64,000 nt of DNA from the NCBI GenBank assembly GCA_965231095.1, contig OZ246416.1:436380-500379 (forward strand), given 5' to 3'. A program made the position numbers and the translations under genes. This document shows positions 18,059 through 27,262 of the stretch, piece after piece. Positions within the stretch are counted from its first letter, which is position 1; every line of letters begins with the position of its first letter. Under the pieces are notes generated by a model. It worked only from the letters and a program-made list of their open reading frames with translations. It was not told the DNA's origin and did not search any database. Source of the stretch: an uncultured Gammaproteobacteria bacterium (GTDB lineage: Bacteria; Patescibacteriota; Patescibacteriia; XYB2-FULL-38-15).

Positions 18059-18559
18059 TTATCCAAAAATATACGCTCCTCCGCCGGTTAAAAGCCCAAC
18101 AATAATTCCCGCTATTATAACGCCAATTGTAATTAAAATCAAGGCCCGCCGCGGCGGAATGCCAAATAGATATGCGGCCACCGCTCCGGACCAGGCCCCG
18201 GTCAACGGCAAGGGAATCGCCACAAAAATCACCAGCGCTAAATTAATTCCGTATTTTAAAATTCCCCCTTCAAATTTTCGACGCACACGAGCGAACCACC
18301 AATCAAAAAATCGCCGGGCCAAGCTCCAGTGCTTCATCAAAAAATCTGCCGCCGGCCGTAAAAGAAAAACAATAAAAAAAATCGGCGCCATATTTCCAAG
18401 CACCGACCAAAATAAAGCCGGCCAAAAAGACATTTTATAAACCAGCATCGCGACCGGCAAAGCTACGCGAAGTTCGGCAATCGGAATCATGGCAATCAAG
18501 GCCGTCGCCGCCTCCGGAGAAAAATTTTTAAATAATTCCGCGTAATTTATCCCGAACAT
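18059..18559 (-). CDS. Small multi-drug export family (COG2426) membrane protein
   Basis: MIPIAELRVALP and FVAIPLPLTGAWSG motifs. Confidence 0.85.
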   Translation of the reverse strand: MFGINYAELFKNFSPEAATALIAMIPIAELRVALPVAMLVYKMSFWPALFWSVLGNMAPIFFIVFLLRPAADFLMKHWSLARRFFDWWFARVRRKFEGGILKYGINLALVIFVAIPLPLTGAWSGAVAAYLFGIPPRRALILITIGVIIAGIIVGLLTGGGAYIFG

Positions 18560-18566
18560 TTTTTTA

Positions 18567-18986
18567 TTAAATTTTATGTTTCAAAAAAAATTCATTCGCC
18601 TTTTCTAAAACTTTTTTTCCATTTGGAAAAGTAATCTGCTCCATGGCCTCCGCATAAGGCAGCCACTTGAAATCAATGTGTTCGTCCGAAAGCTTAACTT
18701 CTGCCGTTTTTGTTTCTGCCAAATAAAAAATCGCTTCTTTATAAATCGTCTGCCCGTCTTTTTTATAAAACCAAAAAATTTTCTCCCGAAAATTCGGAAG
18801 AAAAATCAAATCAGCAATTCCTGTTTCTTCTTTTGCTTCGCGCACGACCGTTTCTTCTTCTTTTTCCCCAATCTCAATCGCTCCCCGCGGAAAATCCCAG
18901 TGCCCCGACTCGTAGCGCAAAAGCAAATATTTTATTTCGCCGTCTCGCCTAAAAACCACGGCGCCGGCAGATGTCTCTTTTGGCAT
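18567..18986 (-). CDS. NUDIX hydrolase (Ap4A hydrolase-like)
   Basis: SAGAVV, HWDFPRG..E.GE......REAKEETG, LSDEH. Confidence 0.88.
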   Translation of the reverse strand: MPKETSAGAVVFRRDGEIKYLLLRYESGHWDFPRGAIEIGEKEEETVVREAKEETGIADLIFLPNFREKIFWFYKKDGQTIYKEAIFYLAETKTAEVKLSDEHIDFKWLPYAEAMEQITFPNGKKVLEKANEFFLKHKI

Positions 18987-18990
18987 ACCC

Positions 18991-19017
18991 AATTACTGGT
19001 TACTAATTACTCAATTT
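18991..19017. repeat. Short 7-nt array at a gene junction
   Basis: aattact ggttact aattact caattt. Confidence 0.6.
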
Positions 19018-19590
19018 CTACTCCCTCATCTTCACGTCGTAGAGAATTTCTTCCGCTCGCCGCAAATTTTGTTTTGCCTGATCATATTTTGTCCGCAAAT
19101 ATCCGGTCAAATTCATTTTAATCAATTCGCCTACAACATCGCGAACGCCGGCGACATATTCTTCAACTTTTTTAAACTTTTTCTCCGTGGCCGCGAGCAC
19201 CGCTTTTCGAACAAGCTCTCCGGTGAAATCACACATCCCGCCCAAATAAGTGTCAGCGTCTATTTCCTGCTCTTTTATAAAATCAATCTTCCCGTCTTCC
19301 AAAAATCTGCCGAAAAATTTTGCTTCCACATACTCTTCAAGCGCCGCGCGATACGCGCCCTCGTAGCGCAACTCCGGCTCTTGTTTAAACTTTTTTTCCA
19401 AATCCTGAAAAATTTTTTCCACTTCGGCGAGCAGCGCATTTCCACCCCTCAGGTCATTCCTATGAAAAGCGAAAATCGCCTGCTTTGCCCTCATCAAGGC
19501 TTCGTTAGAAACGCCGATCAACTTTCTTCTTTCCTCTCCGTAAAACTCAAAATCTTTTTTTAAACCCTGAAACAATTTTTGATTGATCAT
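19018..19590 (-). CDS. Translin/Trax-like protein
   Basis: AKQAIFAFHR, LEEYVEA and YLGGMCDFTGEL motifs, plus LRTKYD; all-helical. Confidence 0.85.
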   Translation of the reverse strand: MINQKLFQGLKKDFEFYGEERRKLIGVSNEALMRAKQAIFAFHRNDLRGGNALLAEVEKIFQDLEKKFKQEPELRYEGAYRAALEEYVEAKFFGRFLEDGKIDFIKEQEIDADTYLGGMCDFTGELVRKAVLAATEKKFKKVEEYVAGVRDVVGELIKMNLTGYLRTKYDQAKQNLRRAEEILYDVKMRE

Positions 19591-19594
19591 ATTT

Positions 19595-20704
19595 TTATAT
19601 GCATTTATCGCATTTAACGGCTAAAAGTAAAATGATTGAATTACGCGTGACGAGCCCGACAACTTTATTATTTTCCAAAACCGGTAAACGGCCAAACTCA
19701 TTATTTGCCATTTTTAAAAATGCGTCGTAGGCCGTGTCGGTTGACCGCAAAGTTAGAAGTTTTTCCGCGCCGGTCATTATTTCACCAACTTTTATTTTAG
19801 GCCACTTTGTCCGCGGCGTTCGCCTTAAATCTTCAATCGTAACAATGCCCAAAAGCCGATCATTTTCTTCAACGGGAAATCCTCCCTGCTTATAATCCAA
19901 AAAGGCTTTGGCCAAATCTTTAAGCAAAGTGTCCGGCGCAACACTCCTAAAATCTTTTTCCATAATTTGCCCGATATTGAAACGCGACAAAACTTCTTCC
20001 ATTCTCTGCTGTTTTAAGCTTGATCCCGCGGCTTGGAGCAAAAACCAACTAATTAAAATTATCCATGCCCCGCTCAAAAAATTATTTTCTAAAAGCATTT
20101 TTATTCCCCAAAGAGTAAAAAGAAAGGCGATAAGACGGCTTACGCCAACCGCCCGCCGAGTCGCTCTTTCCATATCTTTGTATTTTGCCCAAAGCGCCGA
20201 ACGAAAAATTCTCCCGCCGTCCAAGGGAAAGGCCGGAACCATATTAAATACCGCTAAAATTCCATTGATCAAAAAAAGATAATTCGCGATGGCCGCACCG
20301 GCGACCCCAATTTCAAAAATCCCAATCCCCCAAAAAATCCCGGCCAAAATTATACTCGCGACCGGACCGGCAATCGCCATATCAAATTCATCAGCCGGCT
20401 TTTTCGGCTCACTTACCATTTCCGCCACGCCGCCAAAAACAAACAAAGTAATGCTTTTCACTATAATATTTTTTCTCTTGCCAATCAATGAATGTGAAAG
20501 TTCATGAAGCAGAACTGAAACAAAAAGCAAAAACGCGGCCACGCCCCCGGAAATCCAATAAGCCGTTTCCGTCCAGCCGGGATAATTTGCCGGAAAATAA
20601 AAATCCGCCAGCGACCAAACAATCAAAAACAAAATCAAAAACCAGGAAAAATGAATTTTTATTTCTATATTTTTAATTCTCCCGAGCGAAAACGCATTGT
20701 GCAT
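19595..20704 (-). CDS. Site-2 (M50) zinc metalloprotease with a CBS pair
   Basis: HELSH, AGP, FNMVPAFPLDGGR, then two CBS domains. Confidence 0.92.
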   Translation of the reverse strand: MHNAFSLGRIKNIEIKIHFSWFLILFLIVWSLADFYFPANYPGWTETAYWISGGVAAFLLFVSVLLHELSHSLIGKRKNIIVKSITLFVFGGVAEMVSEPKKPADEFDMAIAGPVASIILAGIFWGIGIFEIGVAGAAIANYLFLINGILAVFNMVPAFPLDGGRIFRSALWAKYKDMERATRRAVGVSRLIAFLFTLWGIKMLLENNFLSGAWIILISWFLLQAAGSSLKQQRMEEVLSRFNIGQIMEKDFRSVAPDTLLKDLAKAFLDYKQGGFPVEENDRLLGIVTIEDLRRTPRTKWPKIKVGEIMTGAEKLLTLRSTDTAYDAFLKMANNEFGRLPVLENNKVVGLVTRNSIILLLAVKCDKCI

Positions 20705-20723
20705 AAAATATTTTTAAAAATTC

Positions 20724-21866
20724 TTATTTAGTTTTGTAAACTTTTTCCGTCTCCAGAACAATCTTCTCCCAGTTAAAATTTTTCTCAATAAATCCCTTCC
20801 CCCGCTCGCCGCGGCCGGAGGCAATTTCCGGAACATTCAAAAGATAAACTATTTTTTCGTAAAGATCGTCAACGTTTTTTGTTTCAAAAGAAAATCCGGA
20901 GTGGTCAATTGTTTCCAAATTTTCCGGGATGTCGCTAATTAAGACACAGGTGCCGTAAGACATCGCTTCCAAAATCGTAATGGAAAGGCCTTCGGCTTCA
21001 GAGGGGTGAACATAAAGATAGGCATTCGCAAAAAGTTGTTTTAATGTATCACCCGCCTGGAATCCGGCAAAAATAATATTTGGACTCTGCTCGGCAAGCT
21101 TGTTTAAATAAGCGTAGTAATCATCAGTAAAACTTGGCGCGCCGACAATTACCAATTTTTTTATTTTCCCCCCTGGCCAATTTTTTGGGTCATCCCCAAA
21201 AATTTTTTCCATTTTCCGATAGGCTTGAATCAAATAGTGAATTCCTTTGTGCCGAATTAGCCGCGCCACTGTTAAAATATATGAATCTTTTTTCAAACCA
21301 AATTTTTCTAATTCGCCCTCTCCCTTGATCTCTTCCGCGCGAACGCCGTTTGGAATATAAACAACATCTTTCTTAAATTTTTCTTTGCAATATTTTTTTA
21401 TGGACTCTGAAACGGCAATAGTTTTGTGCGCGAAGTGGCACGCCGTCCATTCTCCAAAACCAAGATACCATCTCGCGAACCATCCCCATTTTTTATGAAA
21501 GCGGTCAATGCTGTGGAAAGTGACGACAACTTTTGCCCGCGGTTTAAAGATTCTTGGAATCCAAGCAAGGGTGGAGGGGCCGACGCCGTGATAATGAATG
21601 ATGTCCACCTTTTTAAAAAGAACATGGATCGTTGAGAAAATTGTATGGGTAATTGTGTCTAAATTTTTTGTGAGGATAGACGGTAAGGAAATCAATTTGA
21701 CGCCTTTATAAATTTTCTGGCCATTTATAATAAACCTAGGGCGGACGTAAGCAAAAACCTCGTGGCCGCTTGCGGCAAGCCGAACAGATAATTCCTCCAC
21801 ATGGCGTTCCACTCCCCCGTCCCGAATAAAGGGAATGCCCTTTGGGCCAATCATGGCAATGCGCAT
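20724..21866 (-). CDS. GT4 family glycosyltransferase
   Basis: GGVERHV and PSEAEGLSITILEAM. Confidence 0.9.
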   Translation of the reverse strand: MRIAMIGPKGIPFIRDGGVERHVEELSVRLAASGHEVFAYVRPRFIINGQKIYKGVKLISLPSILTKNLDTITHTIFSTIHVLFKKVDIIHYHGVGPSTLAWIPRIFKPRAKVVVTFHSIDRFHKKWGWFARWYLGFGEWTACHFAHKTIAVSESIKKYCKEKFKKDVVYIPNGVRAEEIKGEGELEKFGLKKDSYILTVARLIRHKGIHYLIQAYRKMEKIFGDDPKNWPGGKIKKLVIVGAPSFTDDYYAYLNKLAEQSPNIIFAGFQAGDTLKQLFANAYLYVHPSEAEGLSITILEAMSYGTCVLISDIPENLETIDHSGFSFETKNVDDLYEKIVYLLNVPEIASGRGERGKGFIEKNFNWEKIVLETEKVYKTK

Positions 21867-21960
21867 ATCACAACCACAAAAGTAATAAAAAAACTAAAGG
21901 CCTTGTCAAACTTAAATAACCTTGTTATCATTATATCAAAATCAGGCATATATAGCTATA

Positions 21961-21995
21961 ATTTTACATTTTGCATTTTTAATTTCTAATTTTTT
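21961..21995. repeat. 7-nt array immediately 5' of tRNA-Lys
   Basis: attttac attttgc attttta atttcta atttttt. Confidence 0.7.
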
Positions 21996-22068
21996 GACCC
22001 GGTAGCTCAGCTGGTAGAGCATCTGCCTTTTAAGCAGAGGGTCCTGGGTTCGAGCCCCAGCCGGGTCA
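21996..22068 (+). tRNA. tRNA-Lys(TTT)
   Basis: GACCCGG TAGCTCAGCTGGTAGAGC A TCTGC CT TTT AA GCAGA..GGTTCGAGCC..CCGGGTC A. Confidence 0.95.
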
Positions 22069-22093
22069 TTTTTTATTTTTCTATAGTTTTATT

Positions 22094-22118
22094 AAAACCT
22101 TCAAACGGAGGTTTTTTT
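22094..22118 (+). terminator. Terminator after tRNA-Lys
   Basis: aaaaccttc aaac ggagg followed by a T run. Confidence 0.65.
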
Positions 22119-22128
22119 GTTTGTCTTG

Positions 22129-22256
22129 CCCCGTAGTAGAATTTTGGAATTTAAATACTCTTTCGCCGGTAATCGATTGCATTTATCTTTATCGCAAAAT
22201 ATTAAAACCAAGTTCTTTGTCCGCCCCTGGCGGATATCCAAAATTTCACTACGGGG
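22129..22256. mobile_element. 128-bp MITE-like element
   Basis: Terminal inverted repeats ccccgtagtagaattttgga / tccaaaatttcactacgggg (18 of 20 match); TTG on both flanks; no ORF. Confidence 0.7.
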
Positions 22257-22285
22257 TTGACAAAATCGGCGTATTATTCTAAAAT
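22257..22285 (+). promoter_or_regulatory. Sigma70 promoter for the GGDEF gene
   Basis: TTGACA, 17-nt spacer, TAAAAT; SD AAGGAGG at 22323-22329. Confidence 0.75.
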
Positions 22286-22334
22286 CCAAGGTCGCGATAG
22301 ACAACAACTCTCCGAATCGGAGAAGGAGGCACCC

Positions 22335-22988
22335 ATGGTGGAGGAACGTGATTTCGAGAGACTGCGGGAGCTTACCCCACGGCAATTGTGGATGGAGCTC
22401 GCGGCGGCCTACGAGGCGCTCGCGGCGCAAGAAGTGGAGATCAGGGGTCTCCGCAGCTCGCTGGCGGAACTTTGGAACGAGGGGGAACAATACATGGCCG
22501 AGGGGCGGATCGATCACCTGACGGGCGCGCTGAACCGCAGGGGCGTCGAGATCGCTCTTACTGACGAAATGTCCTTCGCCCGACGCTTCGAGTCCCCTCT
22601 CAGCGTGATCGCGATCGACGTCGACCACTTCAAGGAAACGAACGACACGTACGGACACCCTGCCGGGGACACCGTCCTGCAGGAAATCGTCAGGCGTGCT
22701 CGCAAGGTTCTCCGCCCCTATGACTCAATCGGACGAATAGGAGGAGACGAACTCACCATCATTCTCCGAGGGGCAACTTTGAAAAACGCAACTTTGGTCG
22801 CCGAACGTATCTGCGCGGCCATAGCGCTAAATGTCTTTTCCTACGGCGAAGCAACCTTCCGTGTAACAATCAGCGTCGGTGTGGCCGTGGCCGAGAGAGA
22901 GGCAAAACAAACCCTCGAAGCGGCAGACGAGGCTCTCTATGAGGCCAAACGTAGCGGTCGCAACCGCGTAGTTGCGATCAATCGATAG
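22335..22988 (+). CDS. Diguanylate cyclase-like GGDEF protein (GGDEL variant, RxxD I-site)
   Basis: DHLTGALNRR, DVDHFKETNDTYGHPAGD, RPYD..GRIGGDEL, ADEALYEAK..GRN; ATG at 22335 follows the SD. Confidence 0.9.
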   Translation: MVEERDFERLRELTPRQLWMELAAAYEALAAQEVEIRGLRSSLAELWNEGEQYMAEGRIDHLTGALNRRGVEIALTDEMSFARRFESPLSVIAIDVDHFKETNDTYGHPAGDTVLQEIVRRARKVLRPYDSIGRIGGDELTIILRGATLKNATLVAERICAAIALNVFSYGEATFRVTISVGVAVAEREAKQTLEAADEALYEAKRSGRNRVVAINR

Positions 22989-22994
22989 ACGGCC

Positions 22995-23054
22995 CACAAG
23001 GACAGAAAATCCCGCAACCAGGAGGCGCGGGAAAAACTCTGTCCTTGTTTTTTT
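22995..23054 (+). terminator. Terminator with a nested internal hairpin
   Basis: acaaggacaga..tctgtccttgt followed by Ts; inner tcccgc/gcggga stem. Confidence 0.65.
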
Positions 23055-23056
23055 AT

Positions 23057-24127
23057 CTATCTCAAAATCTCGTCAACGATTTTTTGCGCCGCGTTGGCAG
23101 ACATTATTTCTTTAATATTTCTGCCCAAATTTTCCAATTCCACTTTGTTATTTAGCAATTCCCGAACAGCCGCGGAAAAATTTTCCGGCGTTATATTTTT
23201 TTCATCCCAAAACATAACCGCATTTTGTTTTTTAAAATAATAAGCATTGTCTTCTTGATGACTTTCGGGAATTGGGATTAAAACCGTTGGCTTGCCAAGC
23301 ACGGCGAGTTCGGTTAGCGTCGCCATGCCGGCGCGGGAAATTACAAGATCAGAGGCGGCAAAAATATCCGGCAAATCTTTTCCCAAAAATTCCGCGGAAT
23401 GATACCGCGCTGTTTCCCTTTTTATATTTTCAATTTCATTTTTCATCGCCTCATCAATTCTTCCACCAGTCATATGAATTACCTGGCAAAATTTTACAAG
23501 CTCGCGCGAGGCCGCGACAATAATTTTATTTAAACTCATTGCCCCCGTCCCCCCGCCTAAAATAAAAATTGTTGGCAAATCTTTTTCTAAATTAAAATTC
23601 TGCGCGGCGCGCATTTTATCCCCGGAAAAAATTTCTTGCCGCACCGGATTTCCAACAACTACTCCTCGCGGAAAATATTTTAAAGATTCTAAAAATGTGA
23701 CAGTTATAATTTTTGCAAACTTCGCCGTAAGTTTATTTGCTAAACCCGGCCGCAAATCTTCTTGATGAACCAAACTTGGCACGCGCAAAATCCAACCCGC
23801 CCAAATTACCGGCACAGCCACAAACCCTCCGGCCGACAAAATCATTTGTGGTTTAAATTTAAAAATCAACCAAAACGATTTTAAAAATCCCGCCGCAATA
23901 TAAAATGGCGCCAAAAAATTCCAGCCGGAAAAATACCGACGCAATTTCCCCGCCGACACACTCGTAAATTTAATCCCAAACGACTCCACAAACTTTTTTT
24001 CAGGTCCATTCTTTGTTCCAATCCACAAAAAATCCGCGCCAGACTCGCGCTTTTTTATTTCTTCGGCCACGGCCAGTAGCGGCGTCACCGATCCCATTGT
24101 CCCCCCACCTGTCAAAATTATTTTCAT
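23057..24127 (-). CDS. murG: Lipid II GlcNAc transferase MurG
   Basis: TGGGTMG, GKLRRY, GNPVR, SRAG, HQEDNA. Confidence 0.93.
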   Translation of the reverse strand: MKIILTGGGTMGSVTPLLAVAEEIKKRESGADFLWIGTKNGPEKKFVESFGIKFTSVSAGKLRRYFSGWNFLAPFYIAAGFLKSFWLIFKFKPQMILSAGGFVAVPVIWAGWILRVPSLVHQEDLRPGLANKLTAKFAKIITVTFLESLKYFPRGVVVGNPVRQEIFSGDKMRAAQNFNLEKDLPTIFILGGGTGAMSLNKIIVAASRELVKFCQVIHMTGGRIDEAMKNEIENIKRETARYHSAEFLGKDLPDIFAASDLVISRAGMATLTELAVLGKPTVLIPIPESHQEDNAYYFKKQNAVMFWDEKNITPENFSAAVRELLNNKVELENLGRNIKEIMSANAAQKIVDEILR

Positions 24128-24128
24128 A

Positions 24129-24677
24129 TCAGCCACAACGATTCAAATAATTATTTACTTTTAAAATCAAAACACAACTCGGCCCGTGAGTGATTTTGCT
24201 CTCCATTACCATCTTCACTGCTTTATCAAATTTAATTTTTATCATTTTAATTATTTCCGTACCTTCAGGATTTTTCCGGGTGAACGCCAAATCTCTGGCA
24301 AGAAAAAGCTGGGCTCGGGATTTTACAACCGTCGTAAATGGATCAACGGTTCCAAAATTAGTCCACTTATTCGCTCTAATACCCAATTCTTCAAGAAGTT
24401 CTCTTTTAGCTGTCTCGAGCGGTTTTTCCCCGCGCTCCAGCGCTCCGCTTACCGTTTCAACTGTCTTTCGTTCAACGGCATAATGATATTCGTAAGTTAG
24501 ATAAACATAACCTTTGCCGTCCATCGGAAGAACCGAAACTCCCGACTTCATATTCACGGTGCCAAAAATTCCCGGCTTGCCATCGGGTCTTATCACTTGG
24601 TCTTCATTAACTTCGATCCAAGGATTTTTATATTTTAAAATTGTTTTTTTAATTTTCCACGGACCTCTTTTTTTCAT
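24129..24677 (-). CDS. NUDIX hydrolase (ADP-ribose pyrophosphatase-like)
   Basis: SGALERGEKPLETAKRELLEELG NUDIX box. Confidence 0.85.
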   Translation of the reverse strand: MKKRGPWKIKKTILKYKNPWIEVNEDQVIRPDGKPGIFGTVNMKSGVSVLPMDGKGYVYLTYEYHYAVERKTVETVSGALERGEKPLETAKRELLEELGIRANKWTNFGTVDPFTTVVKSRAQLFLARDLAFTRKNPEGTEIIKMIKIKFDKAVKMVMESKITHGPSCVLILKVNNYLNRCG

Positions 24678-24681
24678 AAAA

Positions 24682-25779
24682 TTATTCCCTAGAATATTTT
24701 GAAATATTCGCCATAATCCCCGCGGCGGCGAGACATACTGTCAGTGCCGTTCCGCCATAACTTACAAAAGGCAAAGGAATTCCGGTTAGGGGCAAAATCC
24801 CGAGCATGGCTCCAACGTTTATAAATGACTGTAGGACAAACCAACTTGTAATGCCAACCGCGAGCAATCGGCCAAAACCATCCGGCGCGTTTTTAGCGAT
24901 TTTAAATCCGCGAATGGCCAAAAAAACCAAGGCCGCGACAAACAAAATCATAAAAATAAATCCCAACTCTTCGGCCATCACGGCAAAAATTGAATCGCCG
25001 GCGACTTCTGGCAAGTATTGAAATTTTTGTCGCGAGAGTCCCAAGCCCAATCCGAAAAATCCGCCTGAACCGATCGCGAGCAACGCTTGATTGATGTGGT
25101 ATCCAACTCCTTGCGGATCAAGTTCCGGATGCAGGAAAGTCATCAGTCGCGCCGTCCGATACGGAGCAAACTTTACCAAAAGCAAAAATAGAAAAGCGCC
25201 GACTCCGGAAATCCAAGCAAGATGCGAGAGGGGCGCTCCAGCGGAAAAATAAACAATAATGGAAATCATCGCGATAATGGAAAGCGTCCCGATGTCCGGC
25301 TGTAAAACCATTAAAATCGCAATGATACCGAAAACCACGACAAAAGGAATAAAACTTGCGCCCATTTCCTTCATGTCACGCCCACCTCGTTTTGGCCCAA
25401 GCCAAGCCGCGAGATAAATTAAAAAAGTCAGTTTAACAATTTCCGACGGCTGGAGCGACATGCCAAAAATATTTATCCAACTTTTAGAAGTTCCGTAATT
25501 GGCCGCCACTCCGGGGATAAAAACCAAAAGCAGAAGGACGACGGAAACCGCCAAAAACGGCAGGGCGTATTTTTTCCATTTTTTGTAATCTATGCGCGAC
25601 ATTAAAAAAAACGCGGCGAGACCGGGCAGTACGCCAAACAAAATTTGATGCTTTAAATACCAATAATTATCGCCGAATTTTTCATAAGCTGCCGGTGAAC
25701 TGGCTGAAGAAAGCATCATCAATCCAAAAACCAAAAGCGCCCCGACAATCCCGATAAAAACAAAATCTGGTTTTTTCAT
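24682..25779 (-). CDS. ftsW: SEDS protein FtsW
   Basis: QPSEIVK, QPDIGT, GSGG..GLG, PLTGIPLPFVSYGGT; between mraY and murG. Confidence 0.93.
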   Translation of the reverse strand: MKKPDFVFIGIVGALLVFGLMMLSSASSPAAYEKFGDNYWYLKHQILFGVLPGLAAFFLMSRIDYKKWKKYALPFLAVSVVLLLLVFIPGVAANYGTSKSWINIFGMSLQPSEIVKLTFLIYLAAWLGPKRGGRDMKEMGASFIPFVVVFGIIAILMVLQPDIGTLSIIAMISIIVYFSAGAPLSHLAWISGVGAFLFLLLVKFAPYRTARLMTFLHPELDPQGVGYHINQALLAIGSGGFFGLGLGLSRQKFQYLPEVAGDSIFAVMAEELGFIFMILFVAALVFLAIRGFKIAKNAPDGFGRLLAVGITSWFVLQSFINVGAMLGILPLTGIPLPFVSYGGTALTVCLAAAGIMANISKYSRE

Positions 25780-25806
25780 AATTGATACAAAACGTAAATC
25801 AATCTT

Positions 25807-26856
25807 TTACCCTAAACTCGAATCCATCAAAGAAATAATCACGCCCACCACCGCCGTCACTCCGGCAATAACCCAAAAACGCATCACAATTTTCGGTTCC
25901 GGCCAGCCGATTGCTTCAAGATGGTGGTGAATGGGAGCTGAAAGAAAAACTTTTTTCCTCCTGATTTTTTTGGAAATAATTTGAATAATCACGGAAACCG
26001 ATTCCACGGCGAATAAAAACCCAATGATCGGCAAAAGCAAAACCGAATTTGTAAGCATAGCCACAATACCCAGCGTCACGCCCAGCGACATCGCACCCGT
26101 GTCACCCATAAAAAATCTCGCCGGATTGATATTAAACCAAAGAAACGCCAAGAGCGCGCCGGCAATCACGCCGCAAAAAGCCGCCAATTCCATTTTCCCT
26201 TGCGAAAAAGCAATTGCCCCATAAGCGGCGAAAGCGGCCAAGAGCAGTCCCCCGGCCAAACCGTCCAAACCATCGCTTTCGTTTACCGAAAAAGATGTCG
26301 AGACAATTATAAAAATAAAAATCGGCAGATACCAAAAACCTATATCAAAATTTCCCAAAAAGGGCACGTGGATTGTGTGCCAATCAAGTTTAAAATAAAA
26401 CCACCACGCACCAACCGCCGCAATTATGGTGTACATCAAAAGTCTATGGCGTACCCTAAACCCTCCGCCATTCGGCCCAATTTTGCGCGCATTTAAATAA
26501 TCATCAACCAAACCGACGATTGCTGAAGCGACAAGCGCCCCAAGCGGCAAAAGAGTTTGCGGCCGCGTTAAAAAATTAAATTTTTTCAAAAATTCCCAAC
26601 CAGTCCACTCTCCGAGATAAAAAACCAACAGCGCCAAAAATAAAACCGTCACCCAAATCAAAACTCCGCCCATTGTCGGCGTACCGGATTTTTCCTTATG
26701 AAGTTTCGACATTATTGGCGCCGTTTTTTCATCCCTGATCTGTTTGCCCAATTTATATTTAAATAAAAAATAAGTCAGGGCCGGCGTCCAAGACATGGCA
26801 ATAATGAATGAAAGAGTTGTGAGAATAAAAATTTTAATGATGGAAAAATTGTCCAT
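25807..26856 (-). CDS. mraY: Phospho-MurNAc-pentapeptide transferase MraY
   Basis: GTPTMGG, DD, NESDGLDGL, FMGDTG, APIHHH. Confidence 0.95.
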   Translation of the reverse strand: MDNFSIIKIFILTTLSFIIAMSWTPALTYFLFKYKLGKQIRDEKTAPIMSKLHKEKSGTPTMGGVLIWVTVLFLALLVFYLGEWTGWEFLKKFNFLTRPQTLLPLGALVASAIVGLVDDYLNARKIGPNGGGFRVRHRLLMYTIIAAVGAWWFYFKLDWHTIHVPFLGNFDIGFWYLPIFIFIIVSTSFSVNESDGLDGLAGGLLLAAFAAYGAIAFSQGKMELAAFCGVIAGALLAFLWFNINPARFFMGDTGAMSLGVTLGIVAMLTNSVLLLPIIGFLFAVESVSVIIQIISKKIRRKKVFLSAPIHHHLEAIGWPEPKIVMRFWVIAGVTAVVGVIISLMDSSLG

Positions 26857-26865
26857 AATCAATAA

Positions 26866-27258
26866 TTACTGATTAATCATAACGACCGAATAGGCCGTAA
26901 GAAAAAGTAAAATTTGAATAAAAGCCGCCGCCCCGGTTAAAAAATAACTTGTCACCTTGTCGCGCAAATAAATTATGTCCGCCAAAATGAAATTTATAAT
27001 AATAAAGAAAGACCCCGCGAGCGGCATAATAAATATTTCATACCACCTGCCGACAAAATCAACTCCGAAATAAATATTATAGTGCAAAGGGAAAAGTCCT
27101 TCCGTCGACCGAAGAGGAAAAAATTTTAAATAAAGAAAACCCCAGATAAGCAAATTCAGGGCCAAAGAAGAAATAAATAAAATTCTAAAAAATCCATCTT
27201 TAAAAATCAGGGCGGTAAAAAGTCTCGTAAAATTTTTGATAGCGCTTAAAAATTTCAT
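26866..27258 (-). CDS. Three-TM membrane protein of unknown function
   Basis: PLHYNIYFGVD motif between TM helices. Confidence 0.7.
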   Translation of the reverse strand: MKFLSAIKNFTRLFTALIFKDGFFRILFISSLALNLLIWGFLYLKFFPLRSTEGLFPLHYNIYFGVDFVGRWYEIFIMPLAGSFFIIINFILADIIYLRDKVTSYFLTGAAAFIQILLFLTAYSVVMINQ

Positions 27259-27262
27259 CTTG

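Noticed and set aside
22257-22334. TTG start for the GGDEF ORF given in the track
   Set aside because: That TTG is the -35 box; the SD supports the ATG at 22335.
22101-22658. 185-aa minus-strand ORF
   Set aside because: Antisense to the GGDEF gene and runs through the MITE and promoter.
21996-23054. Integrative element or prophage at tRNA-Lys
   Set aside because: No integrase, and no duplicated tRNA 3' end was found downstream.
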